Positions 9,616 to 18,273 are shown, numbered from the whole stretch's first letter. The stretch: DNA of 53,286 nucleotides, filler included, from Limisphaerales bacterium (GCA_044225505.1; 2 parts of 2 records of this genome joined end to end with filler, not necessarily neighbours in it), one strand, 5' to 3'. Made by a program: numbers and translations. Notes: generated by a model not told the origin, from the letters alone.

Positions 9616-9900
9616 AAACGAGCTTGTCTCGGTTCAAGTCGATTTTGCCCAAGGCGCCTCTCGCTTGGGAACTGGTTGTGCCCTGGCCAGCCTTCTGGAC
9701 AGAGCTGACTTAACTTATACTGAAGAGACGAGAATCCGCCAGCATGAACCCAGAGGCTTCCCGTCGCTGATAGATTACCTGCCCTCTGCGATTGGTCCGG
9801 TCTGTTCGGAAAACAGATTCAGGCCAGCCCCTGATAGACCGCCGTTACGGCCCGCGTGATCTTAACCTGTCGCCAAAATCCCAGTCCAAAAGGATGCCCG

Positions 9901-10365
9901 ATGAAAGCAGCGTACCCAATCGAAGAAAAAACAACGCTCCACCCCTCCGACGCAATCGCTCTCAGAGAACGTTTTCGCAATTTTGCGAATCGTGTCGCGT
10001 GCGCTGTGGGCAGTCCGTCCGCCTTCCTCATCTCGTCCGGACTTCTGCTCGCTTGGGGCCTCTCCGGCCCGCTCTTCCACTACTCGGACACTTGGCAACT
10101 CCTCATCAACACCGCCACGACGATCGTGACATTCCTGATGGTTTTCCTCATTCAGAACACACAAAACCGCGATGCCAAAGCCATTCACCTGAAACTGGAT
10201 GAACTCATTCGGTCCGTCAAAGGCGCGCGCAATCGCCTGGTTTGCCTCGAAAATCTCAGCGAAGAAGAACTGAAATCACTTGAGGAGGAATTCTCGCGCT
10301 TGCGGGACGGCGCTGCCCCCGCATCCCGCCGCCACCGCGAAGCGAGCGAGCGGAAACTCCTTTGA
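9901..10365 (+). CDS. Low-affinity iron permease family (Fet4-like) small membrane protein
   Basis: Signature SDTWQLLINTATTIVTFLMVFLIQNTQNRDAKAIHLKLDELIR; start taken at ATG 9901. Confidence 0.9.
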   Translation: MKAAYPIEEKTTLHPSDAIALRERFRNFANRVACAVGSPSAFLISSGLLLAWGLSGPLFHYSDTWQLLINTATTIVTFLMVFLIQNTQNRDAKAIHLKLDELIRSVKGARNRLVCLENLSEEELKSLEEEFSRLRDGAAPASRRHREASERKLL

Positions 10366-10391
10366 GTTCTGAGGCCCATCCCCTATTCTGA

Positions 10392-10414
10392 GGTGTGCTA
10401 TATTCGCGCACACC
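10392..10414 (+). promoter_or_regulatory. Extended -10 (TGcTATATT) enclosed by the inverted repeat GGTGTGC-N9-GCACACC, directly before the ATG at 10415
   Basis: Read directly from aGGTGTGCtatattcgcGCACACCatg; no Shine-Dalgarno sequence. Confidence 0.4.
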
Positions 10415-12091
10415 ATGAATCGCGTTGTTTGGTTCATTATTTGTTCTGTCATCGGGCTGGAACTACTGATTTGGGGTCTGTTAGTTCCCGCCCATATCGG
10501 CGCCGTCGACGCGGAGGTGCTCGAACAAATCGGCCATCGGAGCCCTTCGCTCAGCGCGGAAGGACTGTCGCTGGTGAACCTAGAGAAAACTGGCCCCGCC
10601 CGAATTCTCCTGAAAGCCGCGCAAGCCACGGCGGGTCCGGAAAGGGAAAAGCTGGCAGCGGCCATCACAACGTTCGAGGACGCCCAGCCGAAACTCAAGG
10701 TTTTCGGTGCGCCCGCGTTGTATTTGGAAAGGATTCTCGAGAAGGTTACCGTGCCGGGCGCATCGACAAACCAGTCGTTTGTCGAACTGCTCGTTTCGAC
10801 AGAAGCTCGCGATCGACTGATCGAAAGCCTGCGCTTCTCCCATCGACCGGGTGTCATCGAGCTTTTGAAGACGCGTGAACTCACCAACACCGTGATCTTT
10901 CCCCCAGCCTTATCGCCGTCTGGGCAACCGCTGGACGCGGCGATTGTAACGACCGCAGTCCTGTTCCAGCAGGACCAATTCACAACCGCGTTGCGGAATT
11001 CGATTCAAGAACTTGTTGCGGAAGCCAACCGTGGCAACCGTGTGGCCGAGTTGGAAAGCATTTATCTGGATCTCCTCGCGCTGGGCAAAAGGCTCAATTG
11101 GGGTCAGTTGGTCGCGCTCGTGCAACGCTTGCCCGACATAGCGAGTTTGCAGAATGTGGCTTCTCAGATTCGAGAAAAAGAGGCCGATCTTCCTGTGATC
11201 TATTCCGCAGTGTATTTCGCCGATTCGCCCGCCGCCGTTTCGAAGTACCTGACTTACTTCCCAGCGACAGGGATCAAAGACTTGCGTTTCGCGATGCACG
11301 CTGGCAGTGGCGCGGTGCGGGAACTCCTGGCGCGGCAAGATCCGGTCTACTATCCAACCTGGCGAGAGAAGGTAACGGGTTATTCCTTCGTGCAGGCCGC
11401 TTACCAACCCATGGCACGTCTCGTTGGCAACCAGCCAGGGCTAGGTTTTTTGACCAAGTACGGACTTTGCTTCCTGGGGGCGTTGCTGATGGCACGAGCG
11501 GTGACCTACTTGAGTCCTTCGTTGCTCGAAGAGATCATTTCTCACCGTCCAATCTTAACTGGGCCGCAAGTGGCGATAGCGCTGTGCTTGCTTTTCGTGG
11601 TATTATTCTTTACTGAATCTTCGGTGACGCGGGCTACTCCGGCAGTCCAGTTTCCACTGCAGATAAAGATTCCGGTGGCAAGAGCGGCTCCTCGTGCAAC
11701 AATACCACAGAAAAGTAAGATTATGATTGATAGAATTTCTCTGGTTTCCTTGCTGACGTTCTTCGTCATGCAAGCCACGATCTACGTGATCTGCCGTATG
11801 AAACTGGCGGAACTCCGGCGCCAAAGCCTTTCCAGCAAATTGAAACTCCGCCTCCTGGAGAACGAGGAGCAACTGTTCGATGCCGGCCTTTACTTTGGCT
11901 TTGTTGGGACAGTCGTCTCTTTGATTCTGGTCTCGATCGGCATTATCAAACCGAGCTTGATGGCAGCGTACTCGTCGACATCGTTCGGCATCGTTTTCGT
12001 CTCCATTCTCAAGATCTTCCACGTCCGCCCTTACCGTCGCCGACTGATTCTCGATGCGGAGATTGGTGACCGAGAACCTCAGCCCGCATGA
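10415..12091 (+). CDS. Membrane protein, 558 aa: N-terminal anchor, large soluble domain and C-terminal MotA/TolQ/ExbB-like transmembrane hairpin
   Basis: The C-terminus LLENEEQLFDAGLYFGFVGTVVSL...LMAAYSSTSFGIVFV resembles the GxxGTV and AxxxTxxG motifs of MotA/ExbB. ATGA overlap with the next gene. The family assignment is inference. Confidence 0.7.
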   Translation: MNRVVWFIICSVIGLELLIWGLLVPAHIGAVDAEVLEQIGHRSPSLSAEGLSLVNLEKTGPARILLKAAQATAGPEREKLAAAITTFEDAQPKLKVFGAPALYLERILEKVTVPGASTNQSFVELLVSTEARDRLIESLRFSHRPGVIELLKTRELTNTVIFPPALSPSGQPLDAAIVTTAVLFQQDQFTTALRNSIQELVAEANRGNRVAELESIYLDLLALGKRLNWGQLVALVQRLPDIASLQNVASQIREKEADLPVIYSAVYFADSPAAVSKYLTYFPATGIKDLRFAMHAGSGAVRELLARQDPVYYPTWREKVTGYSFVQAAYQPMARLVGNQPGLGFLTKYGLCFLGALLMARAVTYLSPSLLEEIISHRPILTGPQVAIALCLLFVVLFFTESSVTRATPAVQFPLQIKIPVARAAPRATIPQKSKIMIDRISLVSLLTFFVMQATIYVICRMKLAELRRQSLSSKLKLRLLENEEQLFDAGLYFGFVGTVVSLILVSIGIIKPSLMAAYSSTSFGIVFVSILKIFHVRPYRRRLILDAEIGDREPQPA

Positions 12092-13557
12092 ATCGATCCG
12101 CCCTCATTGTCATCGTCGACTTTCTCCTGATCAGTCTGCTCGCTTTCTCGCGATTGGACGATCCGCAAATCGTCGAGGATAAGGCGGCCCGGCCCGCTGT
12201 CCCTAATCTCGGCGGCAATCCCCAGGACCTGGTCGCTGTCCTTAAACTTTCACTCAACAAAGAGAAAGAATCGCGCGAACAGCTCAACGAACAGTTGCGT
12301 CAAACTCAAGCCCAACTCCAATCCCGCGACCAAATTCTTGGAGATCGTGAAAAACTGATTCGCGACGCGGAGCTGATGCTCCGTCAAAAGGCTGAGGAGA
12401 CAGCGCGCCTTTCCCGCGAACGGGCTGCCATCGAACAACAATTTGCCACCACCCAACTGAGCGTTGCCGAACTCCAAAAACAACTCACCAATACACTGAC
12501 CGAAGCGAGCCAATCCCGGCAGCACTTGGAAGCCGTCCGCAATGACTTGGAAGCTCGCGCGCAGGAAGAATCCATCCTGAAACGCAAACTGACTGAGCTC
12601 GAGAAGAACCGGCAGTCCGCCGAAGCCGAGAAGCAGCAACTGGCCACGCAACTGCAGCTGGCCGAAACCGAAAAACGCCTCGTGCGCGAACAGCTCAATT
12701 CGGCTGAAGGGACAGTCGAAGCTGAACGCCAGGAAAAAGCAGTCCTCCAAGCCCAAGCCACTAAACTCACCGAACACGCAACCAAACTTGCGCAAGGGGT
12801 CACCGAACTCGCGGAGAAATCTGGCGCCCTCACCCAAGAAATCCGGGAGAATCGGCCGCTCGCTCCGAACACGGTCTTCAATGAGTTTGTCACGAATCGC
12901 GTGCGTGCCGATTTCCGGGCCGTCCGCAGTGGCGTTTTTGGCCGCGAAGTCAACCGGGAGAAAGAGGCTAAAACCGTCCTGGTCCGGCAAGGGAATCAGG
13001 TTTATGCCATTTACCATGTCAACGATACCCCGCTCAGCTTGACCTTCCCTGGGGTGGACTGGGATTGGCTGATTGGCAATTTGCGCCGGGGGAATGCCAC
13101 CGCACGGATCGAGCGCATGTCCTTTTTGGCGGTGGATCCCCGCGTGGTGGTGGTGCCTGTGCCGGACAGCAAGGCGCGTGAACTCGGCAGCAAGATTTAT
13201 TCGATTCCGAAAGACCCATTCAAATTCCAGGAAGCTATTCTCGTCGGTGCAAACGAAGCTTACTACGGTGAATGCAAGTTCCAACTGGACGCCGAGAATC
13301 CACAATACGTTCATATGCAAAAGGAACGATTCAGCTGGCTCGTCGGCAAATTCGCTCCGTCGAGCGGGGACCTGGTCTTCACCAAGGGCGGCGAACTGCT
13401 CGGGGTGATGGTCAATAAAGAGTTCTGTTTACTGCTTACGGAATTCTCACCCGTTTATAACATTCAAACGGGGATTGGGATCGCCGAACAGCAGACTGGT
13501 TTGCTCCTGTCACAGCTCTATGGCCAAGTGGCACGCATGCCCGCCAGATTGCAGTGA
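12088..13557 (+). CDS. Single-pass membrane protein, 489 aa: ExbD/MotB-like TM helix with an Asp, ~200-aa coiled coil and C-terminal trypsin-like fold
   Basis: N-terminus ALIVIVDFLLISLLAF (Asp11); Q/E/L/K/R-rich heptad region at about aa 47-255; C-terminal FAPSSGDLVFTKGGELLGVMV resembles the GNSGGPLxxxxGEVIGI motif. Confidence 0.7.
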   Translation: MNRSALIVIVDFLLISLLAFSRLDDPQIVEDKAARPAVPNLGGNPQDLVAVLKLSLNKEKESREQLNEQLRQTQAQLQSRDQILGDREKLIRDAELMLRQKAEETARLSRERAAIEQQFATTQLSVAELQKQLTNTLTEASQSRQHLEAVRNDLEARAQEESILKRKLTELEKNRQSAEAEKQQLATQLQLAETEKRLVREQLNSAEGTVEAERQEKAVLQAQATKLTEHATKLAQGVTELAEKSGALTQEIRENRPLAPNTVFNEFVTNRVRADFRAVRSGVFGREVNREKEAKTVLVRQGNQVYAIYHVNDTPLSLTFPGVDWDWLIGNLRRGNATARIERMSFLAVDPRVVVVPVPDSKARELGSKIYSIPKDPFKFQEAILVGANEAYYGECKFQLDAENPQYVHMQKERFSWLVGKFAPSSGDLVFTKGGELLGVMVNKEFCLLLTEFSPVYNIQTGIGIAEQQTGLLLSQLYGQVARMPARLQ

Positions 13558-13682
13558 ATCCACCCGGACGGGCGCTTTGCTTTTTAACCTTGCGGATTCC
13601 TTGGCAGGAAGACAGCCGCCCAGAGAAACGGTGCGCAGTTCCGTTTTTCCGAACACCTCACCCAACGACGCGTCGCTCCTCT

Positions 13683-14033
13683 ATGACGGATAGCATTCAG
13701 CAACTAACCCAGGAGATCATCGCTTTCCGCGATGCCCGGGACTGGCGCCAGTTCCATGCTCCCAAAGAGATGGCTGTCGCTATCGCCGCGGAAGCCGGAG
13801 AATTGCTCCAACATTTTGTGTGGCAATCGAACGAGCAATCCCAATCCCGCATCCAAAACCAGCGCGATGACATTGCGGATGAAATCGCTGACGTCAGTAT
13901 GCTGTTGTTCGAATTGGCGAACGACCTTGGCATTGATCTCGCCAGGGCGATTCGCAAGAAGCTCGCAAGGAACGAGCAGCGTTATCCAGTTCACAAAGCC
14001 CGCGGATCAAACCGCAAATACAACGAGTTGTGA
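13683..14033 (+). CDS. MazG-like nucleotide pyrophosphohydrolase (dCTP pyrophosphatase/RS21-C6-like)
   Basis: Motifs FRDARDWRQFHAPK, EAGELLQHFVW, DEIADV and KLARNEQRYP; start reassigned to ATG 13683. Confidence 0.9.
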   Translation: MTDSIQQLTQEIIAFRDARDWRQFHAPKEMAVAIAAEAGELLQHFVWQSNEQSQSRIQNQRDDIADEIADVSMLLFELANDLGIDLARAIRKKLARNEQRYPVHKARGSNRKYNEL

Positions 14034-15103
14034 ACACTCCGCCCGACGAAATCCCCCACCCTTTACCCACTCCGAAGCCACCGCGGCGTCCTCGTTATTC
14101 CGGCAAATATCCAAGACAGTTCTCACACAAGTACAAGGAGCACCATCCCGAGCAGCACCCAGCCACGATCGAAAAGATCCTCGCGGCGGGCAAGACCCCT
14201 GCCGGAACTCATCGTCCAATCCTGGTGGACGAAGTCCTCCAGGTTCTGGCTCCGCAACCGGGCGAGTTGGGAGTCGATTGCACTTTAGGGTACGGGGGGC
14301 ACGCCACGCACCTGCTGGCACGCTTGCAGCCAGGTGGACGCTTGATTGCGCTGGACGTCGATCCAGCCCAACTCCCACGCACGGAAGCACGACTTCGCGC
14401 GGCCGGCTTCGGCCCAGAACACGTGGCTGTTTATCGCAGCAACTTCGCCGGCCTCAGCCAGCTCCTCTCCACACAAGGTATCTCTGGGGCGGATTTTATT
14501 CTGGCCGACTTGGGCGTTTCATCCATGCAACTCGATGATCCCGAGCGCGGCTTTTCTTTCAAGCAGCCCGGGCCGCTCGACATGCGCATGAACACGCTGC
14601 GGGGGCAACCTGCCTCCGCTTGGATGGCAGCGGTTCGCCCCGAGACATTAATTCAAATCCTACAGAATAATGCCGATGAACCGCACGCAGCTTTGCTCGG
14701 ACGGAGCTTGGCGGGCCAGCTCCACCCGACGACGGTCGCGCTGCGCGATGCCATCCGACGAGTGCTCGCCCATAGGCCCGTGGACGAGGTCGAGCTCTCG
14801 ATACGCCGGGTTTTTCAAGCCTTACGAATTGCCGTGAATGATGAGTTCTCAGCCCTGGAAACATTCCTCCGATTTCTCCCAGCCTGCCTGAAACCGAAGG
14901 GTCGTGTGGCGATCTTAACCTTTCATTCCGGTGAAGATCGGCGAGTGAAGCACGCGTTTACGGAGGGAAAACGGGCGGGCATTTACTCGGCTGTTGCCCA
15001 GGAAGTCGTGCGGCCCAGTCCGTCCGAGCGGCGGGACAATCCACGGTCGTCCTCAGCGAAGCTTCGATGGGCGGTGCGTGCGAAAGAGCCAGCCGCGGAA
15101 TAA
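14030..15103 (+). CDS. rsmH: RsmH/MraW-family SAM methyltransferase, paralog-like form with an N-terminal extension
   Basis: Motifs HRPIL, DCTLGYGGH, ADLGVSSMQLD, RGFSF, PLDMRM, FQALRIAVN, TFHSGEDRRVK and NPRSSSAKLR. GTGA overlap with the MazG-like gene; not in a dcw cluster. Confidence 0.85.
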   Translation: MNTPPDEIPHPLPTPKPPRRPRYSGKYPRQFSHKYKEHHPEQHPATIEKILAAGKTPAGTHRPILVDEVLQVLAPQPGELGVDCTLGYGGHATHLLARLQPGGRLIALDVDPAQLPRTEARLRAAGFGPEHVAVYRSNFAGLSQLLSTQGISGADFILADLGVSSMQLDDPERGFSFKQPGPLDMRMNTLRGQPASAWMAAVRPETLIQILQNNADEPHAALLGRSLAGQLHPTTVALRDAIRRVLAHRPVDEVELSIRRVFQALRIAVNDEFSALETFLRFLPACLKPKGRVAILTFHSGEDRRVKHAFTEGKRAGIYSAVAQEVVRPSPSERRDNPRSSSAKLRWAVRAKEPAAE

Positions 15104-15116
15104 GAGGCGTAAGAAC

Positions 15117-15194
15117 TTCTGCGGCTAGTCTTCGACAGAGCCGCGCTCCATCATTGGGAAACGGACCGCGGCTGTATCCTTAAGGATCAGCCGC
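15117..15194. repeat. Second pair of REP-like palindromes, same family as 5216-5348
   Basis: ttctGCGGCTagtcttcgacagAGCCGCgctcc at 15117-15149 (its reverse complement aligns with 5216-5249) and ggaccGCGGCTGtatccttaaggatCAGCCGC at 15163-15194. Confidence 0.65.
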
Positions 15195-15279
15195 CGGTGA
15201 GCCTTGACTTCCTCGCCCGTTCAAGGCTCAAAGAAGATTCAAAGATTGTCCGGGCGATTTTGTCCGGTGCTTTCCGATC

Positions 15280-15317
15280 TTGACACTCGCCCTCCTGAAT
15301 ACTACTCGTATGAGTAG
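15280..15317 (+). promoter_or_regulatory. lexA promoter: -35 TTGACA plus palindromic candidate LexA operator CTACTC-GTAT-GAGTAG
   Basis: TTGACA at 15280-15285. Perfect 6-4-6 palindrome at 15302-15317 covering the expected -10/TSS region, 3 bp before the lexA ATG. Confidence 0.75.
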
Positions 15318-15320
15318 CTT

Positions 15321-15941
15321 ATGGCCGAATTGACGACACGACAACGGCAAGTGCTCGCGTTTATTCAAGCGGCACTCCAAAATGGCCACCCGGCCCCGAC
15401 CTTGCGTGAAATCTCGGCCCATTTTGGTTTTAGCAGCAGTCGTGCTGCGGCCGATCATTTGGATGCCCTCAAACGCAAGGGAATCCTGGAAGCTTCCACC
15501 GGGAAAGCCAGGGCTCTGCGAATCCGATCCCCCTTACACAAGCTGCGAAAGCCCGTCGTGGATATTCCCCTTCTCGGCAGCATTCCAGCCGGTTACGCGG
15601 ACGGCCGGCAGCAAGACATCCTCCGATGCATCTCGATCGACGCGCAAAGCCTGGGGATCCGGCCGACCCGCCAAACGTTCGCCTTGGAAGTGAAAGGTGA
15701 TTCGATGATCGGCCGCCATATCGTCGATGGAGACATTGTGATTCTTGACCACGGACGCATCCCGCGCTCGGGAGATATTGTCGCGGCGTTGATTGATCGC
15801 GAATCCACCTTGAAAACATTCGTGATGGCAAAAGGGAAGCCTTTTTTGCAGGCGGAGAACCCACGGTATCCGAAATTAATCCCAGCGGAAGAACTGATCA
15901 TCCAAGGGGTGATGATCAGCTTGGTCCGGCGGTGTTCTTAA
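15321..15941 (+). CDS. lexA: LexA repressor
   Basis: Winged HTH (LTTRQ...PTLREI...HLDALKRKG), Ala-Gly cleavage site (IPAG), catalytic Ser (VKGDSM) and Lys (STLK). Confidence 0.97.
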   Translation: MAELTTRQRQVLAFIQAALQNGHPAPTLREISAHFGFSSSRAAADHLDALKRKGILEASTGKARALRIRSPLHKLRKPVVDIPLLGSIPAGYADGRQQDILRCISIDAQSLGIRPTRQTFALEVKGDSMIGRHIVDGDIVILDHGRIPRSGDIVAALIDRESTLKTFVMAKGKPFLQAENPRYPKLIPAEELIIQGVMISLVRRCS

Positions 15942-15962
15942 TCGGTTTAACCTTATTTTCCC

Positions 15963-16607
15963 ATGGGCCATTCGGTTGTCGATTTGCGCAATCTATTGGC
16001 GAGCCGCTTTCCTCACCTCAGGCAAGGCGTGGAAACTCCGGGGCCTTCGCCGAATCTGGCCACGGGAATCAGACCACTGGACGTGCTTCTGGGAGGCGGG
16101 TTACCTCAGGGCGAATTCACCGAATTGATCGCTTGCGGCAACGGTTCGGGAAGCACTGAAGTCATTCATGAATTGTTGAATCATCTCGCTCGCAGCCGGC
16201 AGTTTCTCGCTCTCATCGATGGCTTGGGAAGTTTCGACCCTGGAGCGGTGGAACCGGCGGTCTTGACGCGCTTACTCTGGGTCCGTTGCCGCCAAACCCG
16301 GGAGGCGTTCCAAGCGGCAGATCTGCTGCTGCGAGACCGGAATTTTCCTGTGGTGGTGCTCGACCTAAAACTCAATCCACTCCGGGAATTGCGTAAAGTC
16401 CAAGCCAGCACATGGTATCGGTATGCGCGTCTGCTGGAGCACAATCAAACCACCGTTCTGGTCATCACCCCTCAGCAACTGGTGAGCGGAGCGAGCTACC
16501 GCGTGTCCGTGGAGAGCGCTCTCGGCATTGACGCATTATCTCAGTCGCGGCCAGAACTGCTCTCCTGTTTGCGATTTAAACTGTTACGAGCCACCGCCGT
16601 GGCTTAG
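15963..16607 (+). CDS. imuA: ImuA-like RecA-fold accessory protein
   Basis: TGIRPLDVLLGGGLPQGEFTEL, degenerate Walker A (GSGST), ALIDGLGSFDP and LLWVRC; lies between lexA and imuB. Confidence 0.85.
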   Translation: MGHSVVDLRNLLASRFPHLRQGVETPGPSPNLATGIRPLDVLLGGGLPQGEFTELIACGNGSGSTEVIHELLNHLARSRQFLALIDGLGSFDPGAVEPAVLTRLLWVRCRQTREAFQAADLLLRDRNFPVVVLDLKLNPLRELRKVQASTWYRYARLLEHNQTTVLVITPQQLVSGASYRVSVESALGIDALSQSRPELLSCLRFKLLRATAVA

Positions 16608-16776
16608 AGGGGACCTGAGACGTTTTTGATAATCGTACCTCCCGAGGTGAGGGGGTGGATAAAACTCCGAAATTGACCGAACCCTCGCCTGCTCACCTCC
16701 GCGGCGACGGGAGATCAAATTTTAAAACGCACTCTAACAGTCGGTTTGAACCTTTGGATAAGCCGCCATCGATCCA

Positions 16777-18273
16777 ATGTTTGCTGTCCTTTTCATCCCC
16801 CAGTTCTCGCTGCAAGCCGTCCTCCGACATGAACCCGGGCTCTGGACTCAGCCAGTCGCTTTGGTTGACCCTGCACTTCGTGTTCCGCTGGTTTGCGACA
16901 TGACCGAAGCAGCCCGGCGAGCAGGGATCGCTCCGGGATTAACTCCTACCCAAGCGATGGCGCGGTGTGGCGAGGTGCTCATACGGAATCGTTCTCCAGA
17001 GCAAGAAACTGTCGCCAGGAACAGCCTGCTGCAATGCGCCTATGGTTTTTCCCCTTATCTGGAAGCGACCGAGCCGGGCTTGTGTACCCTCGACTTGCGC
17101 GGCTTGAATATTATTTCGCAAGCAACTCCCGCCCGCTGGCGCAATTGGTCGGAAAAGCTGCAGTGCAGTGTGGCCGGTTTAGGTCTTTCGGTCTCCGTTG
17201 GGATTGGGGCGACACCTCAGATTGCGCAGCAGGCCGCCCGTTGGGGCAACGGAAGAGAAGTGGTCGATGATCCAAAGACATTTATTGCCACGCTTCCCCT
17301 GGAAGCTCTGAACCCGTCCACCGACGCGCGCTCCATCCTGCAACGCTGGGGGATACGGAATGTGGGCGAACTGCTCGCCCTAGGACAAGATGCTCTCTGC
17401 GCACGGCTGGGATTGGAAGCGTTAGCGCTGTTTGCTGCCGCTTCCTGCACTACCATTCGTCCTCTCCATCTCATCTGCCCGGCCGAGTCATTCGAGGAAT
17501 CGTTTCAGTTCGATCCTGAAATCGACACCTTGGAGCCGTTGCTTTTTTTATTGCGGCGATTCGTGGATCAACTGACGCAACGCTTGGAACCGCGCGGTTT
17601 CGTGGCGGAGACCCTGGTCTTGCAGCTCGTTTTGGAATCCGGTCAAAAGCTCGTTTCACGTTTGCGCCTTCCCCAGCCGACTCGAGAATCCAACGTGCTT
17701 TTTCGGACTTTGCATACGCACTTGGAAACAGTTCGCACCGATTCCCTCGTCCAATCCGTGCGTTTAACGATCGTTCCAGTGCAAGGCACCCAAAAACAGC
17801 TTGGGTTATTCGAAACGACCCTTATGGATCCCCACCAGTTTCAGGAGACGCTCGCTCGATTGGCCGCAGCGCTGGGCTCCGATCGTGTCGGGACGCCCGC
17901 TTTGGAAAATTCGCATCGTCCCGATACGTTTCGTCTCACGGCGCCCGATTTTGAGAATGCGCCCGTTCCTGATTCCAGCCAATCGCCCTCTTTCTCCCAC
18001 GTCACACCCATTCGTCGCTTTCGGCCCCCGATCACCGCTGAGGTGGAATGCGATACTTCCTCGTCTTTGCATGCGGCGCGACCGATTTCCATTCGTTGCG
18101 CCCTGGCCCAGGGCAAGCTCAAGGTGTTGATTGGGCCATGGCGTGCCTCGGGCCAATGGTGGGACCCGACCGGTTGGGAGCGCGAGGAATGGGACGCGGC
18201 AACGCAGGATGGCCAGGTCATCCGGTTGGTGCGTCAACCGGACGGATGGTTTGTGGAAGGAGTGGTCGATTGA
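16777..18273 (+). CDS. imuB: ImuB, Y-family polymerase-like scaffold
   Basis: Motifs AARRAGIAPG, FSPYLE, LPLEAL and WGIRNVGEL; beta-clamp motif QLGLF; C-terminal GPWRASGQWWD...WFVEG. Confidence 0.9.
   Translation: MFAVLFIPQFSLQAVLRHEPGLWTQPVALVDPALRVPLVCDMTEAARRAGIAPGLTPTQAMARCGEVLIRNRSPEQETVARNSLLQCAYGFSPYLEATEPGLCTLDLRGLNIISQATPARWRNWSEKLQCSVAGLGLSVSVGIGATPQIAQQAARWGNGREVVDDPKTFIATLPLEALNPSTDARSILQRWGIRNVGELLALGQDALCARLGLEALALFAAASCTTIRPLHLICPAESFEESFQFDPEIDTLEPLLFLLRRFVDQLTQRLEPRGFVAETLVLQLVLESGQKLVSRLRLPQPTRESNVLFRTLHTHLETVRTDSLVQSVRLTIVPVQGTQKQLGLFETTLMDPHQFQETLARLAAALGSDRVGTPALENSHRPDTFRLTAPDFENAPVPDSSQSPSFSHVTPIRRFRPPITAEVECDTSSSLHAARPISIRCALAQGKLKVLIGPWRASGQWWDPTGWEREEWDAATQDGQVIRLVRQPDGWFVEGVVD

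Noticed and set aside
9616..9900. Glycine riboswitch upstream of the FNR-gcvT-gcvH unit
   Set aside because: I could not find the GGAGA...CCGAAG...CTCTCAGG aptamer elements on the minus strand; an Infernal/Rfam scan would be decisive.
10415..14033. Calling the MotA/MotB-like pair plus MazG a Zorya defence system
   Set aside because: There is no long ZorA cytoplasmic tail, no OmpA-like domain in the B subunit and no ZorC/D/E-like helicase or nuclease. MazG starts 125 bp downstream and is coupled to rsmH instead.
15933..15946. TGTTC half-site at the lexA 3' end as a canonical Verrucomicrobia SOS box for imuA
   Set aside because: The second half-site (GAACA) is absent; the sequence reads TGTTC-ttaa-TCGGT.
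18048..18269. 74-aa N-terminal extension of DnaE2 given by the ORF track
   Set aside because: It overlaps the conserved imuB C-terminus; TTG 18270 gives a standard 4-bp coupling.
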